Positions 48,221-61,620 of a stretch of DNA of 64,000 nt are shown in pieces. Position 1 is the stretch's first letter; each line of letters begins with the position of its first letter. A program made the position numbers and the translations under genes. The DNA is from Takakia lepidozioides. Lineage: Eukaryota; Plantae; Bryophyta. The notes under the pieces are model-generated. The model was not told the DNA's origin. It did not search any database and saw only the letters and a list, made by a program, of their open reading frames with translations. The stretch is taken from the NCBI GenBank assembly GCA_030704615.1, contig CM060731.1:47430001-47494000 (forward strand), written 5' to 3'.

Positions 48221-49440
48221 ATTGTGGAGTACTTTCTTGGTTGTCTTTCAAAAGTTGTGGTCATGAGGTGCCTTACTTTATCGATTCTGTCGCTGCTACT
48301 GAGGAATGAGGAACATATATGAAAGTGGCCAAGGAGCAGCTGAGCATCCGTAGTCTCAAGCCCCACAAGTACCTTGCAAGTTCTAGGGAGAAGACCTTGC
48401 GTATCCTACTTTCATGGGCTACTTAGGAAGAACAAGCTCTGAAGCTACGACCAATAAGAGTAGTCCTTACAGAGTAAAGCGAGTTTCTGCCTTCACTCTA
48501 CAACTGTGGGTACAATTCAATCCACAAAATTTGATCATACCTGAATTCAGTCAATCTCCCTCAGTCTACCGTCGTCAGCACACTAGGGTAACGTAGGCTA
48601 CTTCTATGGATCACTTCATCTTTGAGCAGAATCAATGGGACCTCCAGCCAAAGCTTAGTTCTTGTTGGGGCGATTGATCATACCCGATGACAGCTTCTTG
48701 TTATCCATCGCGATTCGTCAATCTCCTTCAATCTTTCCAACCCTGTATCGCAGCTATGGCGTCCTCCTACTAACTCCTCGGCAAAGTAGGAGAGTTTCGA
48801 GGATCGCCGCAGCGAGGCCGCGTTCGCGGGCAGCGAGAACGATAACTTTCCCTAACTATGGCTTATTTTAGCCATTATGTGCGGCCGCCATGTAGCCTGG
48901 GCTAACTAACCACAATTTAGCCAGCCACGGCTAGAGGTGGTTAGTTAGCCACCAGCGCGGCCAGGGCCTTAGGGCAAGCTTGGGCGACGGATCTTTGCGG
49001 CGCTAAGTCGGGTTTACTTAGACGTGCATCCGTTGAAGCAAGGCTGCCGGTCGCATATTGTCTAGAAAGTCTGCGGAAATCTATCTGGTGAGATTATAAG
49101 ACATGAGATTGGTCAAGAACTTTTTCCCGTTTACTGCAGTGTGTCGAGAAAATCAGAAATGACTAACCAACGCAACTAGGCTGGGACCCTCCGAACCAAC
49201 ACGCGCCCCTACCAAGTCTTCAGACCCGACAGACCATCGCCTGGAAGCCATGTGGTAAATATGCCAGGTGCCTCGGACCCTCCCTGCCACCCTACCCTGC
49301 CACTTTATCTCAGTCGGGTAGGCGGGCAGCATGAAAAAGTATCAGTGCGTCACCTTCCAAATATTCTGATACGCCAGACATATCCAACCCCAACTTTAGG
49401 GAGATGTCGACGATATATATAGCTTCTCATTTAACAATAA

Positions 49441-49990
49441 TAGGGTCATGATTGCGTGCACATGTGGCTGCGGCGGGGCCGCGTGTGGCAGAGGGGGTTG
49501 CCGAGGGTGGGAACACCCCTACCCGGACCCCGCCAATCCCTACCAGTATGCTTGTTGGGTCTGCCCAGCAAGCTGGTCTGCTGGGGCCCACAATATGCAC
49601 ATAAAGCATTAGTTATTGCAAGAGATTGCAAAAGTTGGTGGGTAGTGAGGTGGTTAAGAGCAATGAAAGTTAGCCATGATGTGTGGTGCTCAAGTCTCGT
49701 TACTGCGTAACATGGCAATGACATGTGTTATTAAATATATATTTTGTCGGAGGGTCCAAGCCGGTCTGCTGGAGAGGTGCCAATCCGCTTGTCAATCTGG
49801 AGGGCAACCTAGAAGGTTGGAGTCGGTTTGTTGGAAGGTTTGCCCAGTCCGCTAGAAGGTCCGCCGTGGTAGATTAACAAGGACTTAGAAAAATTTCAGA
49901 ATCTCGCCGACCCGGTGAATGGGCGGTGGGCTTATGAGCTCACCCCAAGGGCCCGTACTGGCAGGGCCCGCCCGTGCATTCATGACCCTA
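49441..49990. mobile_element. Non-autonomous TIR element, hAT-like ends
   Basis: TAGGGTCATGA...TCATGACCCTA termini. No clean 8-bp TSD. Confidence 0.55.
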
Positions 49991-50008
49991 TTATTAAACA
50001 ATGAGAGG

Positions 50009-50009
<1 letters not shown>

Positions 50010-50043
<34 letters not shown>

Positions 50044-50555
50044 TGATGCCAGCCGGAGCTAGCATATATAAGAGCTCGTTCCCCATGCGGGTACTGTCCA
50101 TTTTCAAGGATGGGATCGGAACCAGGACTGTCACACCGTGGCGTGTGGCGTGAAGGAGGGTGGTGTGTTTAGGAGGTAGTTTGAGGTTTTCTTTAAGGAT
50201 GTGGACTTTGTGGCTATGTGCGGCTCTTCTTACACCTGCAGTAATAATGGTCAGGGGAGCCGTGCTCGATCCGTGTTGGCGAAGGGCGTGTATCAAGGGT
50301 TCATATTTGTTGCGTTTATATTGATTGGAATGATGGAGATATCCATCATGGAAGAATGTGAATTCTATAATATGGACAACAAGGTTGGTCCTGTTGGTAG
50401 TGTAGAATAGATTGGGAGTCCATAGATGAAGAGGATTTCAGGGCATAGTCTTGTCAGACAGTAACAAGGGCATGACACGTGCATGGCAGGAGCCAAGTTG
50501 GGACTGTGTGGTCCGACGATCTTCTTTGGTATATTCCTGCATTGATGAGGTTGAC
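50010..50555 (-). mobile_element. 3' remnant of a non-LTR retrotransposon with restriction-like endonuclease (RLE), ending in (TA)n
   Basis: Across frameshifts: TLINAG..HTVPTWLLPCTC / CYCLTRLCPEILFIYG / VHIIEFTFFHD..KRNKYEPLIHALRQHG..IITAGVR. This fits the RPD...E...KxxKY RLE pattern. Confidence 0.65.
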
Positions 50556-51984
50556 CCATCTAAATTTAGGATGCAACACTAAAAGTTTGAGGAGATGACT
50601 GACCCCTTGACTATGGCACCCCTTGACTATGGCGGGTAATGCGGAGTCCGTGGATCATGGGGTGTGTACACCGGAGAAGAAGGTGGGGCAGGTTTCATTT
50701 GTGGGGGACATTGCGGACTAATTAAGGTAGAAACACCCAAATATGAGCAGGTCTCAAAAATGGACCCCTATTTTTGGGGTGTAAACTGGTCCCGCCTGCC
50801 CTTAAATGGCGACCTTAGTGCCAACGGGCTGATTTAGGTTCCTTCATGGGCATTGTGGGCCCCATGGTGCTTTGTTAGATGAACAAAAAGTACTGAATAT
50901 TGTGACCAGCGTATTTGCCAAATGGAGGCCTTTTATAGGATACCTTTTGCTCTTGTGGGCCGAGCTGTTGGGTGAGTTATTGGGCCATTTCAAGTGCACA
51001 TCTCGTGCATATCAGGTCACATGTAGGCTTCATATTAGATAATATTTCAGTGAGTTATGGTACCCTCTATAGCTCAGGCATAGCATTTTTGTGCCCTGCC
51101 ACTTTGATAATATATATCAATTAGCCACTTCGTCCAAAATTCATGCAATTCAAACCACAAGCTGTTTGTTCAATTGCTCATCCAGTCATATAATTTTTCC
51201 CCTTACTACACCAATTGTATGGGCATATTTGCTTAAGCGCTCACATTTGGGTGTAACTACCTTACATGATGAGGCAAGTTCTATGTAAATTTCATGTCAA
51301 GTGATAAGCTGGAAATTTGATAGGGTTGTGAAGTTCTTATGTAGAGGCCTAAACTTAATGAGCGGCTAGTCCTGCATGGCTCCTCTTTGTGAATAGTGAA
51401 ATCTAATTTCATCCATAACAAACTTGAAAATTCATCCATTTATTTTTCATAAATTGTTCAATAAGAGAGATGTTACATGAGGGAGGCGATACCTGGAGAA
51501 GGCACATCAAGAAGTAATTTTCAGCAACCTGGAGAGGAGGTAACATCTGGGAAAGGCACAACGGGGGCTTAGCGATTTTTGACACTGATGGTTAGCTAGT
51601 CTCCTCTTTGGAGTAAAGAGGAGCCAACAAAGTTAAACCAATGGTACAACCATACAATGAAAGTTTGTGGAGATAGAATGTATACTTAGAAGCATGATTC
51701 AATAAATAAAAAGTTTATATGCCATGTGGCATTGGGTCTTAAATCTGTAGGAAAATGGCAAAACACTTTAGTACATTACGGATTAATGTAACCCATTCAT
51801 TTGAGTAGTAATTGTATCCTAGAACAATAAATCAAGGCCCTTCAAAAGAAAGGCCAGATAAACTCTGAACCTTTCATCATGAAGGGCTAGAAGAAAATGT
51901 AACTTGCAAATGAAAGTCTATGTTTAATAATGAAGGCTTGAGGGTACAAGTGCTTTTTGCATTGTGAGTCGTGTCAGGGACCTA

Positions 51985-52120
51985 TAGGGCCAACCAAGTT
52001 GCAATTTTTAAGTTGGAAGTTGCAATAGCCATTGGAATTTGAAAATTGGAGGTTCCAAATTCCAATAGATATTGCAGTTTTACCAATTTGCCAAATTCTA
52101 TTCCCATTGCATGGGCCCTA
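51985..52120. mobile_element. Small foldback/MITE candidate
   Basis: TAGGGCC...GGCCCTA ends and inner stem TGCAATA..ATTGGAATTTG/CAAATTCCAAT..TATTGCA. Confidence 0.45.
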
Positions 52121-52129
52121 CATGCAGGT

Positions 52130-52620
52130 GAAGAATTGAAATCTAAGACCAAGTGCAATTTCCTATGTGTCCCACTGCGTCTCCTATGTCGAGGCCTAAG
52201 TGCGACCTCTAGTGTAGCCTATGCCATTGGCCCATGTGTGAAGAATTAAAAATCTAAGACCAAGTGCAATTTCCTACGTATCCAAGTGCGTCTCCTATGT
52301 CGAGGCCCATCTAAGCCCAAGTGCAATCTTCTATTCATGTATCCAAGTGCATCTCTCATGTAGAGGCCCAAGTGTCATCTAAGCCCACTTAGTGCAATCT
52401 CCTATGTATCTAAGTACGTCTCCTATGTCAAGGCCCAATTTATTTTTTTCAATGAATTTATTGAGTAGTAATATATCCAATCATTATTAATACCTATATC
52501 TCCTGTCGAGGCTCCATTCATTGTCCTAGGAAAGCCCACTTTGCTATTTTTCGGGAGTTTCCAACGACCAAAAGTACTTGAAATTCGATATCTCCCACAC
52601 CTTAGGTCCAAAAATCATGA
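52130..52620 (+). repeat. Dispersed repeat with CCAAGTGCAAT..CCTATGT minisatellite; second copy at ~54570-54860 (possibly Helitron-derived)
   Basis: AAAGCCCACTTTGCTATTTTTC..AAA.GTAC.TGAAATTC.ATATCTCCC is shared between 52531 and 54635. Confidence 0.6.
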
Positions 52621-55600
52621 GATCTATAATGAGTATCATTCAACCATGGTTATTGTTTATCCAACGAAATATCACAAATTTAGTTTCGTATTTTGATTTC
52701 GGGGTGAGCAAATTTTGTTTTGTCAGGGAATTATTCCAAGATGTTATGGGAATATTTTTTCAGAATCTTCCACTGTGCTCACATGTGCCCGTGTCTGTTT
52801 CCTTTTGGGTTTAAAGGAAGGTTGCATTTAATTGCTAGATTTCTAATTAATTGGTCAGAAATACAAAGACCTTTTAAAGTTGGAACTCATTATGCTTCTG
52901 TGAGCAATGCAGAATAATTGCGGGGTGATTCCCCCTCTGTAAGCCTTCACGGCCGCTGGTTGTTATATTTTTCTTAATACATCTCCGGGCTCCGTTCCCC
53001 TTTTCAGAAAAAAGAAATAGTTGGAGTAGAGTTGTCTAGGCCACTACAAAATGTCACCTCTAGGAAAATAATCCCACTGAAAAACTTCTGTGGCTTTGAT
53101 TTTTCACAAATTTTGACATTTTGGCAACATCAAAGTGCTGCCAGCTGCAATACAGCTCTAGACCATAAAAATAATGGACGTTGAAAAATTCAAATACCTT
53201 AATTTTGAGTTCAGAAGAACTTATTTAGGGTGGCTTATTTAGAAAATAAAAATTACAATTAAAATTATCCTTTGGCACTGGCCAAGTACCAATCTGTCTA
53301 AGACTCAATTTTAGTCTTTAAGAAAAAACAATTAGGCACTTATTCACCTTTGTAATAATGTTTTTTCCCAAAATGCTGGAGGCAACTGACGAGATTTCCA
53401 ATTAGATGTCTACTGAAATATGCATGTCATCCATGCATGAAAAACCCTTTGAGATCAAGGGCCCTTCTCAATGTCTTTGTTGGGGAACATTGATATACTA
53501 CTTATCCAAAGGGATCCCTATCTCCTCAATAATACCGGTCTCTCCCTCACAATCCGTATTAATGAGTTTACATTTTGTCATGGATCAATGTTATCCATAT
53601 CAATCCATCATTAACAAATGGGAAACTTGTACTAGGCTCCCTCTGTCAACATGGATGGCATAGTGCCTAGTTGATTATTATTGGTGCGGGTGAATTGGAT
53701 GACCCGGAAGTCAATTGGCGCTATCAGAAAATGCGGATCTTCAAGGCCAAAGCTCAGCTCAACTTTGGCCTTGAACTTGTTCTCCTCCGTTTTTTAATAA
53801 AGTTTTTCAGGGCCACTGTCCCTGTTTGGTCCCAAAAAAAAAAAAGTGCGGTTGTAAGGGGTAGTGGATAGCCACAACATAAATTTAAATTGTAAGCAAA
53901 ACCTCAGACTACCACCACAATGTCTTCTTGCCCAAAATTTTGCTGCTATCTTACAACACTTATTCTCAACAAACACAAGACTGAAATCGGTCATCTAGTC
54001 ATTTTGTAGGTAGATCATGCTTGATAAAGCTCACCTCCAGAAGAGGCAGTCCCAAGAGGTTGTTAATTCCGGTTGGTGTCATCTCTCTCTTTCATCTAGT
54101 TTATCCAGTTCATATCTTGGTGATATGATGACTTTAATAAAGAGAAATAGATCTGTGGAGATGGACCCAACAAAATTAAATTTTAAAAATAAAAACTGGA
54201 CAAATACTCCAAAAGAAATTGTTCATATTATTTATTTTTGGATATATATATATATATATATATATATACTAACCACAAGAGGGGTCACACCATTGTTTTG
54301 CATATTTGTTAGAAATTAAAATTTGAACCTGCTTTGATGTTACATCTATATTTGTTGAGCTTAGATCTACCACCTTGGTTTTCTGGTCATGTGTTATTTG
54401 TTAACTTTTTCCGTGCTCACTTGGCTCATGTGAATGTTGAGACTGGATTCACACTGATTAGATGGAAAGGAAGGAGGAAATGGGCTGTAAATCAGCCTGA
54501 TTTACAGCCCCAAGCTGCTACCTTTATAATACATTAAGCTAGGAGAAAAAACTGATCCACGTACGTCCCCAAGTCCAAGTGCAATCCCCTATGTATCCAG
54601 AGGCCCTGCAGTTTGGGAGAACTCCACGTCATTAAAGCCCACTTTGCTATTTTTCACAAATATCCAGCGGCCAAAGGTACCTGAAATTCCATATCTCCCA
54701 CATCACACCTCCAAAAATTATGAGACCAAGTCGCACCACCCCTCCTCATCGAGGGCTTTCCAATGGTACCAAGCACCAGGGTTTGGGCCCTGCAGTTTGG
54801 GAGATCTCAACGCTGCAAAACAAAACAAAACAAACAAACTACCTTTCGTCATATATTGATCACATCACCTTTCCTTTTTTTAAAGGGAAACATTGGGGAC
54901 CGACTGCTCACAAATCAGGCCCCTATTTCACATCCAATTCCATTACATTTAGTTCCCCTCAGTTCCATAACATTCATTTCCATTATACTCAATTACCTTA
55001 GATTTATCCCTTCAGTTCCTCTCAGATTTATCCTAATATCATATATTCCGTTTCTAAACTTCGTATTTAAATTTCAAGTGTTACATTTTGCTTTCCCCTG
55101 CAATTTTATTTTATTTTGATATTTATAATCCTACCTACATAGATATAGATTTAGACTTGCAATATGAAAATCTTTAAGGGGTGGAGCCATTAGGCGACTA
55201 ACCATTTGTTTCCTTGCACTGTACAAATCCATGTAATTGAGTTTGCGTTGACAGCAGTATCGGTTTATGTATCAAGAAACATGAGATGCTCCCCCCAAGA
55301 GTGCTGGTAGATTTTGATTACCTCTGTGACTGCTACCGTATGTGAAAGTGAGGAAGTCCCAATAGCAGAGCTAGAAGAGTCAACTACTTTTCAGAAAGTA
55401 GACAGGCCACAAATAATTTGAGCACGACAGGTACCTAGTATGCTAGGATTTCACAGGTTTAATCATGACAAACTTTGTGTAAATATTCAATTTTGATCTG
55501 ATTGCACTTTCATGTGTAGCTCTCTAGACTGCATTTGTCAACAAAGTTTTCCCCTTCTCCCATCTCATCACAGTAGACAGCTGAGCTTGTGCCCGTCCCT

Positions 55601-55937
55601 GCCTTATTTGGGTTTTGAAGAACTGAGCATTCATGGGGGCACCTACAGTAACAATGGTGCCTGCAGCCGCCGCATGTTTTTCAAGCAACTCGGGGTGTCC
55701 TCATAAAACCAGATTGCACCAGGGTCTTACAGATTGCAGTGCAGCAGGAGAGGAGGACGAAGTTTCTGGACAGTGGAATGAGACCAGTTGCCAAAAATGC
55801 AAGCCGCAAAAGTTGAGAATACAGAGAAGCATTGGACCGCATATTTTACAGACTCTAATCAATGGTGGAACGATCAAGGCAATAAGGTGAATGGCTGTTA
55901 TGGTACAGCATAAGCAGAAAGCAAGATTAAAGATAGT

Positions 55938-56365
55938 GCTCTCTCTGACTCTTTTTGTTGTGCCCTTGGCCACAAGGCCCAACAAACAATGTCTTAGGAG
56001 TACATTATCTTACTGTGCCCCTTCACCTTTAAACTGACTGGCAGGCTAGTCCTCATGATGAATGGGCCTCAATAATGGATGCAATCTAATGAGTAGGGGC
56101 TACAGTAGCTACTATATTATCCACTTTCCGAATGAAGTCCTGACAGAATGAAGTCCTGACAGTCTCTCTGACTCTTTTTATTGTGCCCTTGGCCACAAGG
56201 CCCAGCAAACAATATCTTAGGAGTCCATTCTCTTACTGTGCCCCTTCTCCTTTAAACCGACTGGCTCCTCAAGATGAATGGGCATCAATAATGGATGCAA
56301 TCTGATGAGTAGGGGCTACAGAAGCTGTACTATATTATCCACTTTCCCAAGAAAGTCCAGACAGT
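55938..56365. repeat. ~220-bp tandem duplication downstream of the carrier gene
   Basis: CTCTCTGACTCTTTT..GCCACAAGGCCCA..GAGTAGGGGCTACAG..TATATTATCCACTTTCC occurs twice. Confidence 0.9.
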
Positions 56366-56731
56366 CTGCAGAGCCACTGGTTTGATGAGATTCATCGAGA
56401 GCACAATAGCTCGTCACATTCCCCATTTCAAGCCAACCATTGACATTAAACAGTTCAAGCGGTAATAAAGAGCCTTTCAAATGCACCAGGATGGAACATC
56501 AAGGAAAGCCACACTGAAGAAGAAACCGAAATGAACGGTCGGACACAGGAATGGTGTCTCATAAATTAGACAGTCAAGTCTAACGGTTGCCACATCAACA
56601 TCTTCTTCTCCCAGCTGTTAGACCTCCCCCACTGCCTTCATGAGTGTGCAGTGCAAATGTGCTCAAGACTAGTAACCATATCGTCCCCCATATTATCACG
56701 GTGTACCGGTCTGGAAACCGCTGAGCTTGCC

Positions 56732-59643
56732 CTACATCTTTTTCTCACGAGGTGGAACCTGTAGCCAGGTCTTTAAGCCATCGTAGGCTGCAAACCCAAT
56801 GGCTGCCGAAGGCACCAACTGCGAGTAACCACACTCAATTTATGAGTGACTCAGTCAAAAAGTAATGCAGTAAGAAAAACCGGTACTTACAAACAGATTT
56901 GACCACTGAATGCATTGGCTTCATTCATCAACGACTAAGCCTTCTCACGCCATGCTATTGTTTAACAGGTTCTCAGTTACTGACCCATGCTCGTACACCT
57001 TAAAGCCTCAAACGATACAGGGCTAGACAACGGATGAACCTTTGCTTCGAATGCATCAACAGAACAAATAGGACAAAAACATGCACAAAAAGAAGGCACC
57101 AGAAATGAAAAAACATACCTTGATGTAGTTGATACCAAGACCCGCAAAGAGTTGCTTCAGGCCTTGAGATCGTGCAATTCGGACAAGCCCATCGAGAGTC
57201 CCCTTATACTGAGCATCTACCAGTGCATTCTCAGTTTGCACCTACAAAAGAGAGAGGTCATTCAGTTTAATACTATCAACAAAAGCATGATAAACAGGCG
57301 TTATCTAATTGACCTCCCTCCCTCCCGCTTTCTCAAGTCAGACAGCAATATTTTGACAAAGATATTTATGTTCAATGTCACTTAATGTATAGTGGCTCGG
57401 GCAAGCTTTAGCTCAATCTTGCAGTGGGACACACCATTCAGCAGTAAGATCAGCCATACTGTGTGCACTGCAGTCTAAGGCAGTTCGTTCCATCTCTTGG
57501 CCTAGATGCAAACAGTTACCTGCATTTGCCGGCGCACAACATCAAGAGGGTAAGTGAACGTTTGCCCAACCACTCCAGCAGTGGCCCCACATGCCAGCTT
57601 TCCAGCCATGGATGGCTCTCCTTCACTAGACAAGAGGCCCTTGAGTGTCTCATATATGTAGAACTTGAGTCCTGCATAGGGCAGAATGCCATACAGGGTC
57701 GGACCTGTACAGAGGATAACAAGCTTTAGCACTACAAAACAAACATGGTCCAGAACAATCCATCTCTTTTCCCTCTCATTTTTTTTTTCGACAATTACCA
57801 TCCAAAAAGAGAACAATGTCAAAGTGGATTACACAAATAAAATCCTGGGATGATCCAAGGTTCTGTGGACATGAAGATCCATACTAAACCAGTTTGGTGG
57901 AGCTCCAAACACCCCAGGTTTGTATTTTCGTGTCTGAACAACAGATGCAGGAACAAAGAAGTGCATGGGATGGGGAATTTCAAAGAAGGAAAGGGCACTT
58001 ACATACTCCACGATACAAGCCTCGCATGCCACTTTCCTTGAAAACCCTGGAGCAAACATCAGTTACACCTTTGTAAGGTGGGGGCAGCACTCCTGACTGC
58101 ACGCCTAAGTTTCCCTTCCCATTGACCTGCCAGCAGATGATCTCATTGGTAAGTCACGAGTCATCACTACATAAACCAAGAGGTGTATAGACAAATCTAC
58201 ACAACACATGATCGACTTCCCATCACACACTCTGATTTCTTATTCACAGCCACAAGCGTTGCAGGTTCCCATCAAAGATGCACCCTCCAGCTCATAATCT
58301 GGGCCACGGAGATGCCGTAGACACAGTTGTTAACTCAAAAACTTGGACCCATTCGGGTAAACAGTTCATATTCATACCCACTGCAGACCCACCCCCCCCA
58401 CCGAAAGAAAAAAGAAGACAAAAAAGTTGTCAATGCAAAACCCCCGCAAGGCATTGCTCACCTGATAAGCCAACCGGGTGCGAGCAAGGTCCAATGGGTA
58501 GGTACAAAGCACAGCAGTCCCTCCAGCTAAAGACCCTGCAATTAGGTCTACTGTTGGCCCGGTCCCTGCTGCAGGTAAGCAGTCCATGATCCAGTGGCGG
58601 TACTGTTCATAAGCCATGAAGTGTAATGCCGCATAAGGTACAATCCTCATCACACTCGCTCCATTTCCTCTGTGCGCCCAACCAGGAGGAACAGCCAAAC
58701 ACCAGAAGTGAGCCTGGATTGACAGAGGATGGTTGTGACACGTGACCATAAACAAAAAACACTCATGTCCTACCCCAATTCAGACCTCCCAGAGGTTCGG
58801 CTGGCAGATGTGTGAGGAACTTAAAAAGGATCTAATCCACTTTCCGTATACACAAACCTGCTTTGGTAGGTGCTTAGCTAGATACAGTGCTGCCCTTTTG
58901 CAGAACCGCCTCATTACCTGGACCATGCTCCAGTTAACCGGGACTAGAGAAACTGACCACAGAAGAGTATTAAGAGTGGCAGCTCCACAAAAAGCATCTG
59001 TTCTATTTGGAAAGTTGTCAAAATAGCTGCTGCTCACATGAGCTTATAGTAAGTACACATCTGAATTACTTGCAGAGGGGCCAACGAAATGGTACCTAGG
59101 TAGTGCTCTGCATTGCAATCAAAGCTCATGTATAAAAGAATCTGGGAAGAAGAGAGTATGTTCTCACTTGTAAAAGCCCCGCGACCCTTCTGTTTTCAGA
59201 ATGCATGACAGTGACCGGCACACTCCCATACCTTCGAAGCTCCTATGTTTGATCTGTACAAGGGACACAGTAGAAGTGAGAGACATGGAGTTGGAAATGT
59301 TTAACGAGCCTGCCTGCCCTGAGCCCTACCTTCTCGTACCTCTTCTCAAGCTCGTGCCAATTCCTAAGATCTCAATCCTCAGTTGACCATGACCTGAGGG
59401 AGGAGCCGAGAAGAAACTAACCTGAAAAAGAATTTTGACGCGTTCGAGAGGGGCCACAGCAGTCTTAGAAAGGCCACCAGCCACACCACCAGCTATGAAC
59501 TGCTTCATGTAGGTCGGCATGCCATCCAGAACCGCATCCTTCAATCTCGCTGTGTCTGCCTTGGGGACCACCCCTCCCACGGTCGTTGGCTTATACTCCA
59601 TCTCGGCAGTAAGACTGTACGCTGATTGTGTCTCCATCCTCAT
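56732..59643 (-). CDS. Mitochondrial carrier family protein, CoA carrier (CoAc1/CoAc2; SLC25A16/42-like)
   Basis: Exons 59643-59422, 59253-59168, 58669-58462, 58126-58003, 57704-57520, 57241-57119, 56818-56732. Three carrier signatures [24 protein letters not shown] and [11 protein letters not shown]. Confidence 0.93.
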
Positions 59644-61099
59644 GGTTCTTGAAAAATTAAATAGAAGCAAAGATGCCAATAGACGCAAATGGTACTATTT
59701 GTTGAATTTGCTCACGTGCTTGGAAATTCTTGGGAGGTTATGATTGGAAGACGCTCAATCAACCACCTGGAATATTTGGTTGTGTAGGAGCAAGAGAGTG
59801 AAAAAAAGGTTGTCAGATATCTGTTCAAGCTGGCGAAGGGACCTCTGTGGTCCCCTGAAGTCAATCGACTCTCATACACTTAACAGCATACGTAACAGGT
59901 CATCAAATCAGCCCGGTTCCTTCACTAAGCAGATGATCAGGCGCAGGCTGAGACCACAAAGCACGTTCTCATCGACGATCAGTGTGTCATACACCTCCAG
60001 ATCTGACACCCACGGGACGCTAGAGTTGACGACCATCCGAAAGCAAGAATCGCCCCCTGACAGGGCTGCAATCCAATCCGAGGAACCCAGTGTGTCGCGG
60101 ATCCTTACACTCCTGAGCAACCTCACAACCCCACCACTCGGCGGCTTCCCAAACACCCTAATACTTTGCCACAAATTTCCGCCTGGAAATTCAGCACTAT
60201 CCAAACTCGTCAAGGATCGGCCACCTGACCTGCGCTCCAACTCCAGACTCCCAACAGCCTTCGATGTTATCAACACAAACAAACGAGAACGCCAACCTGT
60301 ATTCTAATCAGATCTCTGCGCAAAAACCTAAACTCCGAAACACTCCACCCACGGTCTCTATCACAACACAGCGGCTTCCAGTTCTCAAACGAAGATAGAA
60401 CCAAGCTCCAAGCGTGAAATCACGTGTACTGATCTCTCCAAGCGCACGCCATAGAAACGACCAGCAGCAGCAAGACCTCGCTGCGCAGACGATCACGAAG
60501 GCAGCCTGCACTCGGACTAAAGAAGGGCTCTCGTGGATGAAACTCAAGTTCACGGATGAGAAATCCCCGCTGTCGAGAAATGACGAACACTCCCGACGGA
60601 CGATGACGTTCACGCGTCGCCCTGATATTTGTGAGCAAAATATCTCGAGAACAGAAATGAGATCAACATAACCTTCCTGCAGGTTACTCCATCAATACAA
60701 AGCAGACAACATAACATGAATCGAGCGTCCGGTGGTAGTCGAGGATGCTTTCATCCACTCCCCGCACCAACTATATCGATGATAACTATTGTGGATGGAT
60801 GGACTATCGGGTAACCCTAGCCTGGCTGCCGCCCTTTCTGAAAGGGGGCCACACCCGGCAAAGGGAAGAGGCTCTTAGTATGGGCGATAACTCGGGTTGG
60901 CATCGTATATATATGATCCGGGACGATCCTGCTTGCGGCACGTGGACCAATAAAAGATGAGATACTAAGTTCAACGTCGGTAGGTGTCACCTCGCCGTAA
61001 CCGTCCCCTGTGTTGCTTTATTTGCACTCTCCTGCCACATTCTTGGAACCCTAGTTCCTAAAAAGGCCAAGCGGTCCTTCCGACTATTTCATGGTCTTT

Positions 61100-61620
61100 C
61101 TTCTGTTTTTGGAAAGAGGGTAGGACGGAGCTACCCTTTTTCCAAAATGAAAAAAAAAAAGAAAAAAGACAAAGGGGGCAGAGGCCCTTTTAATCAAATT
61201 AATAAATAAAGGTCAGAACAGTGGAAAAAATAACCACTACTAGGGCCGTGAAGGCTTACTTGGGGGAAACTTCCCAGTGACCCTAGCAAATCAGCTAGCT
61301 AAGCAGTAGAGAAAGCGTGAGCGACTAAGCAGGCAGGGGTGGAGATGAGAGAGGTTGTGATAAGATTGAATCCCTAGTAAGAAGGTAGCAGTGATAGAGG
61401 AGAAATGTAGAAAGACGTCGTAGGAGCAGGCCTCTTATGCTGGAGCTGGAGGAGAGCGAGGCTGAATGAAGCATTATCCAAGGAGTCTGCAGGTACTAGA
61501 ATTTTAACTGGGTTTTTAGCTTTGAATCTCTTGCTCTCTTATGGCGCCAGTTGAATTCCACCTCCTCCCCCTCACCAGGGGACCTCCCATTGAGGGGGGA
61601 GGGTGTCTTTCTAGTGAAAT
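61100..61620 (-). mobile_element. Probable LINE 3'-end remnant; related short copy at ~52920-53015 (+)
   Basis: GTAAGCCTTCACGGCC and GCTCCGT-CCC-TTT blocks are shared in opposite orientation. Weak similarity to the 3' end of the L1 remnant at 13.4 kb. Confidence 0.4.

Noticed and set aside
59744-60671. ORFs of 187, 124 and 101 aa upstream of the carrier gene
   Set aside because: No recognisable motifs. Probably 5' UTR or intron sequence and antisense shadows.
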